Both the position numbers and the translations under genes were made by a program. A stretch of DNA of 64,000 nt from Azolla caroliniana (taxonomy: Eukaryota; Plantae; Polypodiophyta). Shown piece after piece: positions 1-12,666 of the stretch (positions are counted from its first letter, which is position 1; every line of letters begins with the position of its first letter). The notes below the pieces were generated by a model. It had not been told where the DNA came from and did not search any database. It was given only the letters and a program-made list of their open reading frames with translations. Location of the stretch: positions 17,546,001-17,610,000 of the forward strand of contig JBHGNT010000018.1 of NCBI GenBank assembly GCA_043228905.1, given 5' to 3'.

Positions 1-424
1 GCTACTTCTTCTTCGTATTCTGTTGCTACTTCTTTCGCAGACTTTTCGTACGTTCAAGCCATTAAATGAATAAATACATGAAATACATAAATGAAGTGGA
101 ATCATTTGAATTATTTTTTGTTTGTATAAATATTAATGAGATGATGGGATTGCATGCCATGCATGAGATACATATCATGGACATGCATTAGATATCATGG
201 ACATGTCGCGAGTTTCACATTCGTGGACATAAAGGAAAGTCGACGGATGGCAATATGGCCATGGCCTAACATATTAGTAAATTCACACATTGTTACCTTC
301 TCCAAGTTTGTTTTGAGAGATGGTTAGATCCATATAAAGTAATAAACGTGTTCATGCAAGCATACAAACGTTTGAAATGGGAAATTTAGGTGTTTCTTGT
401 TTTTTCTTATTTATCCTTTTGTGT

Positions 425-741
425 TATTGATGATGAGCTCACCCTAGTGGTAAGTTGTTGTGCTACTATCACTTATGTATGTCTTGGGTTCGAATTCCAA
501 TTTTCTCCCTATCTCTCTCTCTTTAGTGTGATGTCATAATAAATTTTTATGTTAGCCTCATGTTTTCTTATACGTTTTATGAGTTTTTGAACGTTTGATT
601 ATAATGTATAATGACATCTTTTTATTCAATCCCTATAGTTCATACTCCTTTTTTTGTAAAGTTCTAAAGTGAAGAAATTGATACCTTCACTAGTTGCAAG
701 ATGAGAACATCGATAATTGCAAGATGAGCTCATCATCAATA
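425..741. mobile_element. Small MITE-like inverted-repeat element containing a tRNA-like A/B box
   Basis: 17-bp perfect inverted repeat TATTGATGATGAGCTCA (425-441 / 725-741). Internal TAGTGG plus GGTTCGAATTCC (487-498). No clear TSD. Confidence 0.35.
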
Positions 742-2365
742 CAATTATGTCTTTGAATTATTTGATTTTTATGTTTGTGCTTTCTAATGTTTAGTAGTTA
801 AGTAATTCCTAAGTTTTGAACTTTCAATTTTTTATTCAATCAATATATAAGATAGACCATAGTTATTTTTTTGAAATTCCAATCTTTATTTTTTTCCCAA
901 CTTTGAAATAATTTACCATACATGTTTCATTGAATCATTCTCGAATGTGAATGCACGTATGGTAGATCACATTGGGCTATCAATAAGAAGGAATGGGATC
1001 ATGTTAGCATATTAATTTATTCAATTTAGTTGCATTGATCCAATCTTCCATTAAAATCTTCATCCTAGATACAATATGTCACTTAGACTATGCATTCTAT
1101 ACACGTGGATAAGTGTGAGGGTTAAACGAGAATGTAAAGAAGGGGAGAATTACTTTTAATCCTCGGGATTGAGACAACCCATTAGGCCAAGTGTGAACTT
1201 GCTTGGGGGCCTTGGGTATCGCTATAAATAAGAGGCCTAGCTACCCTCATTTCATCATCTTGTTCACTACGTCGAGACTCTGTCTTGTGGTGGGTCAACT
1301 CTTGTAGCGAGCGCGCCAACACCAGGTACGACTCAACGCCACTGGAAGCTATTGTGCATGTTGTGCTTGAAATGTATTTTTACCACAGGAAAATTGTGGT
1401 CATGTCTCCAATGCAAATTTATTGTGGCTTCCACCATTGCCTACCAATGTGTGAGTTAAATACCACATTTTTCCTGCATGGTTACGAATTAGTACCCATT
1501 CATGGTTGGTCATTCTGTGTTCTAATCTAACACCTTTGTATTGTTGCATGCAATGGCAAACTCCAACTCACAAATTGCTCATAATTCATAATAATAAAAA
1601 CAGGAACAAAGCATCGAGGATAATTGTGATGGCCCTGCATTGTATGTTCAAAAGCCTAGGTTAGCAAATTGACATTCTATTTCCTTCGTCAGTTCTGTTC
1701 AGAAAAATAGGAAATACAACAATATTTCTCTCTCCCCCTTTCTGTAACTAACTTTACTAAAGTATAAAACCCTTCTCGGGAGCTAAATATTATACAACAT
1801 TCTTAATGTATGTACAGTAGCGAAATATGACAAGGTCTATTGGGAAATCGTTAGTATGAAATGCATAATTCGTCAAAGGTTGCCATTCGTAACGAATCCT
1901 TGACAAACTTGATGGACCACCACGAGGCAAAAGGAATGATAAAGGTGTGTGTATTCTTACCTCCTCTTGTCCATTCCCTTGTAGAAACTTGGAAGGGATA
2001 TTGAATAAAAAGCCACAATGGGTGACATAGTGAAAGAGCCCTTGGCTTGTATAAGTAGACACTGAGCAGGACAAAAGATCAACAATGGAAGGGGCCTTGT
2101 TTACTCCACCCGGCAACTTCTACTGCAACCACATGTGTTGCTTTTCCTTTTACCATTACACGGACACATCAACCCTTTCCTTCATCTAGGGGAACAGTTG
2201 AGCACCTTCCACATTTTGTTGACACTCCTTGTCCTTGGCCCATCGCAATTGGCCTCCAATGGCACCCTACAAACTCAATCCCACCCTACACACCAATTCA
2301 AATGGAACAAAGGAAACACATACTATGTTCCAATTCCATCAAACAAAAGAAACACATTCCTCAAG

Positions 2366-2517
2366 TCATGATGATGATGTGAGTGTTGTCATTTTGTAGT
2401 AACTTTAGGAATAATACAGTGACATTGTCTACTTCTTTGAGTCTCTCTCTCTCTCTCGGTGTATTGTTCAGTTCTTGATCTTGATCTCTACTAAGTTGTC
2501 TTTCCCTTGTTTAATTT
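2366..2517 (+). repeat. LTR fragment (same family as the LTR at 17286-17667)
   Basis: Aligns by eye to the reverse complement of ~17370-17530 (gtgagtgt..cattttgt.gtaacttta.gaataatacagt.acattgt). It ends where the next copia LTR begins. Confidence 0.55.
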
Positions 2518-5420
2518 TGTGAGAAGAACAACATGCGGAAGCAACAGAAGCAAAACGTAGGAAAACACAGGTTTAATGGAGAGCTTGGACACACACACAC
2601 AGTACGCAGGAGAAAGAGAGAGAGAGAATACACACAATTTGTTCAAAAAATAATACTCAGTCTGTACATAGAATGTGCTCAGTGAGCACTTTTATACAAG
2701 TCCATATGGACTAACAGAAGTATTGACACGTACTTCAATGCTCATAAATGAGCTTCACACTAACTCCCAAAATATATTCCTATGTGGAATATCTTTCCAA
2801 CGGCCTCGCGGTTTACGCATCGCTACGACTTCTTGTTGCGCACCAGTTTGTGCACCCGGTTTGGCCTAACCGATCGGTCCCAACCGATCCGGTTCTTGGC
2901 TTGCACAACCGATCCGGCCAATGTTGAGATTGTATCGCAACACTCCCCCTTAAGCTCAACTTGAGGCTCTTCTGGTTCTTCCAGATCACCGCTCCGGTTT
3001 CTTCTAGATTCATGCCTCGCTCGTGCTCCTCGACCTGTTCGATTCCGCGTGCCTCGACCTTTCCAATTGGCTTGTATGCTCGTGCAACCCTTCTCAGCTC
3101 CCTTGTTGTCGCGGTGTTGGCGCCTCTTCGGTTGCCCTTTCTTACGCTTGACCCTCGGTTGATTCGGCGTCTCCGAACCGAATCGGCTTCCTCTAATCGG
3201 TTTTCGCTCTCATTCGAGTTAGCTTCATCTCCCCCATGCTTGGCTGGCTTCGGCTCTTTCATTCGACTGCTGACCTCACGTCCACTTTCGAACTCTTTCG
3301 CGGATCCGCCCTCGGTTTCTTCAACCAACCCGAAATCGAATTCGTCATCCGACTCGGCGTCATGGTCTCTTCTGCTCCATTCCTGCTGCCTTCTGTGGTC
3401 TTCCAGGACTTCTCTTCCCCTCAAGTTCAGCACATCAAGGCGTCACAACCCAAGTGCACCTGAGAATTGCCACAACTTGTCAAGACCAAGAGGCTTGGTG
3501 AAAATGTCGGCGGTATGCCAAGCCGTTGGAACATACTGAAAGTTCGACTTCACCGGAGAGGCCACGCTTGTGGACAAAGTGGTAGTGCACCTCAATGTGC
3601 TTAGTCTGGGCGTGGAAGATAGGGTTCTTCGCTAATTGGATGCTGCTGAGGTTGTCGCAATAGATCGTCGTCGGATCGGACACCTCCATCCGCAAATCCT
3701 TAAGTAGTCGTTTCAGCCAGATGGCTTCGCATGTTGCGACATCGGCTCCTCTATACTCGGCTTCAGTGCTCAACAATGCAACCGTCGGCTGCTTCTTCCT
3801 ACTCCATGCGATCGCAACACTCCTAAGAGAGAACGCGAATCCGGATGTGGATTGGCAATCGTCGGGGTTTCCAGCCCAATCAACATCGGTGTAATTGACT
3901 AACTGCGCGGCAATATCGGTCCGATATAGTAGGCCCCCGTCGTTAGTGCCACTAACGTACCAGAGTACGCGTTGTGCGCATTGAAGGGGCTCCTCAGTTT
4001 TCCGCACCATGAACTGACTAATCACACCGACCGGCTAACTGAGGTCTCGTCGAGTGATAGTCAAGTAGATGAGGCTTCCGACAATCTGTCGGAACCTCGT
4101 TGGGTCGCAAACCTTTCCAAAGTCGGGGCGAAGCTTGACGGTTCTATCCAGAGGAGTCGAGACGGACTTACAATCTGGCATCCCGAACTTGAAGAGCATA
4201 CCTAGCACGTAATGCCATTGGCTAATCAGTATGCCTTTGGGGGTACTGATCACTTCGATCCCGAGGAAGTAATGAAGGTCCCCCAGGTCCTTCATGTCCA
4301 ACGATGCTGCGAGCTAGAGCTTTACACGGTCTATTTCACCTAGGTCGGCGCCGGTGATGACCAAGTCATCAACATAAAGTAAAATACTAACCGGCCCGAG
4401 TCGACCTTGCCGAATGAACAAGGAAGAGTTCGATTTGGACGTTGCAAATCCCATCCAACGCAATCGCTGAGTGATTTTTGTGTTCCAAGCACGCGGGGCT
4501 TGCTTTAGTTCATAAAGGGACTTCTTCAACCGGTAGACCGCCGAGGTGTTCATTCCGAAGTGAAATCCGGGGGGTTGTACCATGTACACCTGTTCCTCAA
4601 GCTCGCCTTACAGGAACGCATTCTTGACATCCATCTGATGTAAATGCCACCCCTTCGCCGTAGCTACCTCAAGCAAAACACGGACGGTCGTCATCTTTGT
4701 GACTGGCGCAAACATCTCATTGTAGTCGATGCCGTATTGCTGCGCGTAGCCTTTCGCTACTAACCGGGCCTTGTATCAGTTGACCGAGCCGTCAATGTTG
4801 TACTTGACCTTGTACACCCACCTACATCCGATTGGCTTCACATCCTTCGGTGCGTCAACTAGGTCCCAGGTTTCATTCTCCGCCAATGCATGCATCTCTT
4901 CCTCCATTGCGGCATGCCAATTTGTGTCCTTCGCCGCTTCTGCATAGCTCTCTGGCTCACCCACTTCCGCTACACGTGTCATGTATGCATAGTGATGCGC
5001 CGTGTACTCGTTGTATCCGAACCGCACAACAAGGTTCTTCTGGCAGGTAGATCGGCGTAATTGCTCATTAGCCGATGTTGAGGCTTTCTTGGTTGACGCG
5101 GACTTCACTCTCGAAAGTCCGTCATCTCTCTTCTCGGAGTCGGATTTGCGTCGATCCGACTTGCCCTTATCCGTGCCGTACTCCGGCATCTTCTTCTTCC
5201 CTTTTTCCTTTCGCGTAAACCATCTCCTTGGCTTCTTGCGCGGGGAATGCACGATCGAGTCTCCACTACTTGCCGACTCTTCTTTGGACTGGTCAAACCA
5301 ACCCAGTCGCTCGTTCGGTCCACTTAGCCTAAATGAAATCGGACTCTCATCGAGTCTTGATTTCATTGTCATCCGGAGGCATTTAAGCCTCACTGACCTC
5401 ATCGTCAGAACTCAGGTCCG
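2518..5420 (-). mobile_element. Ty1/copia LTR retrotransposon, 3' half (IN-RT linker, RT, RNase H, 3' extension, PPT, 3' LTR 2518-2942), decayed
   Basis: Minus-strand ORFs carry WDLV..PIGCRWVYKVK, LKKSLYELKQAPRAW, YVDD, MKDLGDLHYFLGIE, TEAEY and KHIEVHYHF, broken by stops and frameshifts. PPT GGGGGAG is followed by TG at 2942. The linker is homologous to 54033-54420. Confidence 0.93.
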
Positions 5421-5449
5421 AAGATCTGCCTTTTCCTCTTCCAAGAAGG

Positions 5450-6890
5450 AATCCTTGGTGCTTGGAGGATTGTGCGTATGCTACCTTTTCCTCTCCCAAG
5501 AAGAATTATGGGGTTGATCTTGTTACTCATGCTTGTGTTGCATTAAATACCATCACTTTAGTTTTATTTAGATATCTTTATCCATACAAAATACTTTTAA
5601 AGCATTTTGATACCTTTGTAGTCTTTTCGGGGGTGTCAACAACATAATATCCCCAACAGACTATCCATCGACACAATATCATCAACATATAGTAATATTT
5701 GTATGGATATATATGCTAGCCATGCTCTTGGATTGTTCAATCCCTCTATGTAATGTGACACCTCATCTATATAAAGACCAAATAGAGTAGGTAACAAATG
5801 GTATCCTTGTTTTACTTCAATTGTGCTACCCACATCATCTGACCACCATGAGACCGCTTTGTTTCTGATACCATAGTCATGCAATGATAGATTCCCCGTT
5901 GCATATTTATAAGGATGTTGAGGGCATCTAATTGTTGCATGAGTTGCGAGCATGTCTCATTGTCAAGGTTTTTTTAGAAATCCACAAATCAACAATAAAT
6001 CCCCTTACTATGGGCTTTGCCCTCCTAAATAAGGGCTAAAAGTGTCAATATGTCAACATCCATCAATGGTAGATGTTGGCTCCATATATGCACTAACCAC
6101 ACAATATACATTATGGTAAACCTTAAATGCTTCCCACATGATGTCGAATTTGTTTCCACTCAATTCAAGTCTCCGATATCTTTAATCCATTGCGTTGAAA
6201 TCACTCTTCAAAATCACACCCAAATGACCTTATTGATAAACATGATTATGAGATTGTAATTTATTCACTCAAATAATATTGGTGCAAGCAATTGTTTTTG
6301 TATTTTACACTCTTCAAGTTTCGGCTTGAAGGGCTTGCTACAAATTTGTGTCGAGTATAAAATGCAAACCATTCTCCTTGCTACAAATTTATTCTACATG
6401 TCATGTGATCATAATGGCAACATACTCACAAATGTTTCGTGGAGCTATATCGTTCGAGAACATGTTGCATCAACTCAATGCCAAATGTCGTACTCCATAA
6501 CTAGGAGTCATGTAGGTACTTGGGGGTATAAGTAGTTCCCAATCATGATAGTCTTGTATTATAGTGATCTCTTGCTCTTGTAATCATCACACGAGCACCT
6601 TGGGTATATGGACTACACACAAGAGCAACAATCGAGGAATCTTTCCAAACAACCTAACACTAATCAACATCTCATTCTAGATATGGCATCATGATGACAT
6701 TTCATTGAATCAATTCTCCTTTTCAAGAGTGTTTTGTGCTACGACCTTTGGCATAGCTGCATATTCCTTTCACATACTTGGGCTTCACCAAACAAAGAAC
6801 ATCTTAGGAAAATGCTAAACTTATATTTCCAAAACCATATCCATTATTTTCACTAAACTTGGATGCCAAGCTGAAGGAGCAACTCTTCTA
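5450..6890 (-). pseudogene. Decayed LINE ORF2 relic (linker plus RT)
   Basis: STIEVKQGYHLLPTLFGLYIDE...LLYVDDIV in ORF 5636-5953 matches the RT of the intact LINE at 32143. Inverted copy of ~14260-15690. Confidence 0.8.
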
Positions 6891-6919
6891 CGAGCACCTC
6901 CAATGAGAATGATTATACG

Positions 6920-7168
<249 letters not shown>

Positions 7169-9900
7169 AAAATTCGAGACATTTGGGCATCCACCCATGC
7201 ATAAATGACCACCATGTCCCGTGCATCGCATGTAATCCCATTAACTCATTAATAATTTACACAAACAAAACATAATTCAAATGATTCAAATAATTTACAT
7301 GCCTGCGCAGGAAGAAGAAGAAGAAGCTCATCATCTCCATCTCACAGACACAAACTCACACTCACACACACACACACACACACACACAGAGTTAGGGCTA
7401 TTGCCTCATTCATGATTTACCAACCTTGCCTTCCCGACTTCACTTATGCAGAGAACGTCTTCAATCTAAATGCTAGTATTATTCCCCCAAAACAAAGCAT
7501 TGCCAAGGCAGAGATGATGGCCTCTATTGAGAAAGGAAGCCACGATCACATCCCATCTACAAAGCCCAAGAATACACAGAAATCAAATCTATGTAATGCT
7601 TTTGCTCATATCAAACCCAATGCTGTAGGTTAATCGTAGTGATTTATGGTTCATTGCAGCATGTAGGGGGATGGTTTACACTTTGATGGTACAATGAAGG
7701 GCCAAGAGCTCAGTTTTTGCGTTTATAAAGCTTTATATCACGAGGCATGTGTATGATCATTGATACGGTATGCACTATTTCAGGTGGCACGAGTATGATG
7801 TGTCACCGATTGATGAATTCAATGTAATAATATGCTTTTTTGTTAGCTAATTAGGGGTCTAAACACACAATGCAAGAGAAACCCCAACAAAACCCTAAAG
7901 TCTTGATCTTTCTTTTCTTTCTCATTGAACCATTGTTGTTTTTGTTCCTCTCTCTTTTCAGGTTCCTTGGATGTACTCAGCTTCTTACAGCATCGCTTTC
8001 CTTGGTTTGGATCAAAATCTGTAAGTTAAGAGTAAAAAGTTGGAGAAAGTGTAGAGAGATTTGAAGAAAAGAAATAAACGGGGAAAGTTAGAGAATGAGG
8101 CGGCCACTTGTCCTAATTTTCATTACTGTTTAATCATGTTTTGCTAGAAGTAAACAATCTAAAACTTTTAGTTTGGGAAATATCTTCGATTTAGAGCTTC
8201 ACATTCAGGTGAGTTTCCCAGAAAACGTCATCTTCATTTATCCTTCATCCAATCAGATACATTTGAAAGAGTTTGTTTTTTGCTTTCATTGGAAATCGGG
8301 TAAATGCTTTGGTATAAAGTCTATTTGGATTTTTTGTTCTGAATCGTCATCCCATCCTCTTTTGTTGAGATTTGGATCGTGCATTTAATGGAGGTCTTGT
8401 TTTCATTGGAGATTGAGAAAAGATGTTCGAGAAATATCTCTTTGATCTTTTGTCAATGTTGGTGCCATGTTCTCCATTGACATTTGGGATCATTCATCCC
8501 TTTTGATTCCTATTGTGGAACTTCAATTTTTTTCCCATATGAAAAACTAGGAAAATTTTGTTTGGGAAGTATCTCTTTTGCTTGTTTCTTAGTGTCATGC
8601 ATTCTGTTTATGGTGATTCATTCTTCAGATGCATCCACATGGAGACATATAAATGATTCTCGTTTTGCTGTTCATTGCAAATCAGGGAAAATTAGTGTGT
8701 GAAGGATCCATTTGATTTGTTCCTCTTTATCTATCTAGACTAGACATAACTTTGATCCAAACAAATGGGCCTAGGTTAAGGAATATCTTTTTTTCCTTAT
8801 TTTTGGAAGTCTGTGAGAATTCATATGGGAGAAATCTTCCCTCATTTTGTTCCATGATGTTCATGCCACAAGCATCCCTTTGATTCATCCAAATAGAGGC
8901 ATATTACTGCGTTTGTTGTGAGGAAGCAAATGCCGAAGGATAAGCATATTTTTGAACCTATATTAATGTTGCCACGGAAGATGATTTCCTTGAGGTACCA
9001 TCTTATGCATCACCTCCAGTATTTAGTGTCCCTTAAATTAAGTTGTTAGCAGGATCTCTATTAATCACGAACTTAATGTAATTAACCAATAATTAAAAAA
9101 ACCACAACGATTATATTCAATACCATAGAATGCTCAAACCATTGCCCTCCCACAGTATATGGTAAAGTGGCATGTGTCTGAGTCTTAACATGGAGAGGCT
9201 CGAGGCTAAAGGAATAGGCAAGGTTCCTGAGGTTAAACAGTCCAACATACACAAGGCAAAGCTATTGTATGTGCTACTTTTCTGATTACATTAAGTCACC
9301 TTAACAGTGCACATATGCATTCTTCACATCATGAGAGGTTGGAATTTGCTCCTGCAATTTGCTTCATCTTTTCATTGCGATTGCGATCATCGCGAGTCAA
9401 AACATAGAAAAATTGCGAGAGAGAATACCAGTATTACCAGAAAGAGGATAATACTCTTTAACCAGAAGAAAAAAACTAGAAAGAAAGAGTATTCTACGGA
9501 AAGAAAGAGAAAAATGAAGAGAAAGAAACCGAGGGCATCCCAGCCGTTGAAAAATAAAAGGACGGCATGAGCCGTGGGCCGTCGGATGGACGTCAGGATC
9601 CAACGACCCACGATTGCGTACACAAAACGCAAAACTGTCTTCTGCCCTTTTTCCGACAGAAGAACAGTAGAGACAAAGCATTTCGAACACACACAGAAAG
9701 AGAAAGAAGAGAGCCTTTGAACACCATCGCCACCCATTCATCGAGACGGCCTGAACAGCAGTTGCCTTGCAGAGTAAGGAGGAACCCACATTCTTAATAT
9801 ATGGAAATGACAAAATTACCTGCAGAATCGTATACTAGTTAGTATGGTAGGACATTACCTGCAGAATCGTATCTGATCAATTGTCGATCGTTCTAATAGG

Positions 9901-12666
9901 ATGGCTCCTGCTGGCGTAGACAGAGATACCCAAATCATTCCTAATGATGAATTCGCAGGATTACTATTACATGAGACGGAAGTGGAAGACTTCCAACAGT
10001 TGGTGCTTCAATTGCTCCACCAAACAGAAGATGATGAATCAATCAGGGTTGACTACTTGGAACTTCCCGTCACATCAACGTCCCACGACAATGTGGACAT
10101 ATATGCAGATGAGCTGGAGCAATTCCTGCTCCTGCACCAGGAAAATCAAGAGATACCTGAAGCTCTGACATCCGCAGGTCCATTAGGAGCTTCCAATATC
10201 AATAAATGTGTGCGAATAAAAATAGTAAACATGTTTCTGAAATGTTTATGCATGATACAGCTGCAGCGGGTTCCACAGAATCTCCCGTCACATCTGTCTG
10301 CATAATTGAAGACAGTCGTGAAGATCCACCAGCTCTGAGATCAGCAGGTGAATTAGGAAACTCCTGCTTTCCCATTCTGTTAATATATGCAGAGACCCAA
10401 TACCTAAATCATTTTCTAACTTATATCATGACGCTGCAGCTGGTTCTACTGCGCCTCCCATGAGACCCTTTTCCGACAATTATGGACAGGAGCGGGATCT
10501 TGATGAAGATCATAAAAGAATCAAATGGAGTTTTGAATATCCTCCAGTTCGAACATCAGCAGGTGGATTAGCAGCTTCTGCGCATAAGTACAATGCCAAT
10601 CAATATGGGCAAATGACTAAATCATTTTCTAACTTGTATATAGATTATGAAGCTGGAGCTGGTTCTACAGGGCCTCCTATCACATCGATTTCAGATATGT
10701 ATGCAGAGGATCTGGAGGAGCAATTATTACGCCTTCTTGAGGAAGACCAAGAAATAATCGAAGGGATTCCTGAATATCCTTCCCCAGCGACATCAGCAGG
10801 TGAATTAATAGCTTCTGCTCATAACTGCAATGTCAATATAATGCATCGATAAATTGAGTACATAACTTTCTAACTTATATTAGATCGTAAAGCTGCAGCT
10901 GGTTCTATAGAGGCTCCCATCAGACCATTTGCTGACAATTATGTAGAGGAGGTAGGGCTTAATGAAGATTATGAAAGAATTGAATGGAGTTTTGAATATC
11001 CTCCAGCTCAGACATCAGAAGGTGAATTTGTAGTTTCTGGGCATAAGTACAATCTCAGTCAATATGGGCAAATGACTTAATCATTTTCTAACTATTATAT
11101 AAATCATGAAGTTGCAGCTGGTTCTACAGTGCCTCCTATCAAATCAATTTCAGATATGTATGCAGAGGATCTGGAGGAGCAATTATTACTCCTTCTTGAG
11201 GAAGACCAAGAAATAATGGAAGGGATTCCTGAATATCCTTCCCCAGCGACATCAGCAGGTGAATTAATAGTTTCTGCTCATAACTGCAATGCCAATATAA
11301 TGCGTCGATAAATTGAGTACATAAATTTCTAACTTATATTAGATCGTAAAACTGCAGCTGCTTCTACAGAGGCTCCCATGAGACCATTTGCTGACAATTA
11401 TCTAGAGAAGGTAGGGCTTGATGATGAAGATAATCAAAGAATTGGTTGGAGTTATGAATATCCTCTATCTCGGACATCAGCAGGTTAATTAGTAGCTTCT
11501 GCGCATAAGTACAGCGTCAATCAATATGTGCAAATGACTAAATAACCTTCTAACTGTTATATAGATCATGATGCTGCAGTTGGTTCTACAGAGCCTCCAA
11601 TCACAACATTTTCAGATATATATGCAGAGGATCTGGAGCAGCAATTGCTGCTCCTACTTGATGAAGACCATGAAATAATGGAAAGGGGTCCTCAATATCC
11701 TCAGGCAGCAGCGACATCAGCAGGTGAATTAGTAGCTTCTGCTCATAACTATAATGTGAATAGAGAGTGCATTGGTAAATTGACTCCGTAACCTTCTAAC
11801 TTATATTAGATCGTAAAGCTGCAGCTGGTTCTACAGATTTTCTACTTGAAGAGCTGCAGCAGCAGACAAATGGCACAACCATGATTGAGGCGATGAAGGC
11901 AGAGTTGGCTGCGATCCTGCTAAATGCCGAAGGCGGGTTGAAGAAGAGGCTGAGCGCACCAATGACGACTACCCAATTCAAGGTTTTGGACGCCTTTTTC
12001 AAGATTGGTCTTCCTACATTACCATTATGCCCTCATTGCAAGACGAATGTCCACGTAGAATTTCGATATTTTAACAACCGAACGAAAACTCGATTGGTTC
12101 AGCCTCGCTTCGGCTGCAAGGTTTGCTTTGCGCCACCCCATTCTCCAGAGAAAGAATGGAACCAGCAAAAGCAGGAGGAGAATGTGAATAATAGGAAGAA
12201 GCTGGAGTTTACTCTTCACCAAGAGGAATTGGAAGTGCTGTCTTGTGCCTGGGGAGGGCTTCAAATGCTGCTGCAACGTTTCTGGTCGATGCCACATGTC
12301 ATCGAAGTTCTGGAGACCAACAAATATATTCCGTGTAGCAGCCGCCGCAAGTCTGAGAGTCCAACCAAGTCATCGCCAAAGAGGAAGAGGAGATCGTGGG
12401 AGTCGAAGCAGGTCAATAATGGTGGTAGTACTGCTGAGAACATGATTGATCATCAGATGCCTCTTATTAGAGATCATCATGATGAGGATATGTTGTGGAT
12501 GGAATCTTTTAATTCCATCATCGCAGCAGAAAGGCTAGGTAGTAGTTCTGCTGCCTATAGCCCTAGCAATACTAATCCTAACAATAATGATAGTGATTGG
12601 TATCATGATTACTATATGAGTTGCAGCAACCTGAACAATAACAACATTGCTGCTTTCACTTGGTAA
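9901..12666 (+). CDS. Predicted 9-exon, ~692-aa protein: acidic LxxLL-like repeat array plus divergent Dof-type C4 zinc finger. Exons 9901-10177, 10261-10347, 10440-10562, 10644-10799, 10884-11021, 11118-11258, 11343-11483, 11565-11723, 11810-12666
   Basis: Eight GT..AG phase-1 introns of 81-96 nt; introns 2-8 have a CTAAC branch motif. The spliced frame is stop-free (2079 nt) and joins in frame to ORF 11881-12666, which has CPHC-x25-CKVC with FRYFNN and QPRF (Dof consensus FCY(Y/F)NN..QPR(H/Y)FCK.C) and a basic PKRKRR. Some acceptors have in-frame alternatives. Confidence 0.75.

Noticed and set aside
1080-1330. LTR-like segment with TATAAATA ending in CA
   Set aside because: No partner LTR, TSD or clear PBS.
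7412-7800. Possible RING/PHD-like fragment (..ALYHEAC..)
   Set aside because: Too few metal ligands, stops present, no supportable gene model.
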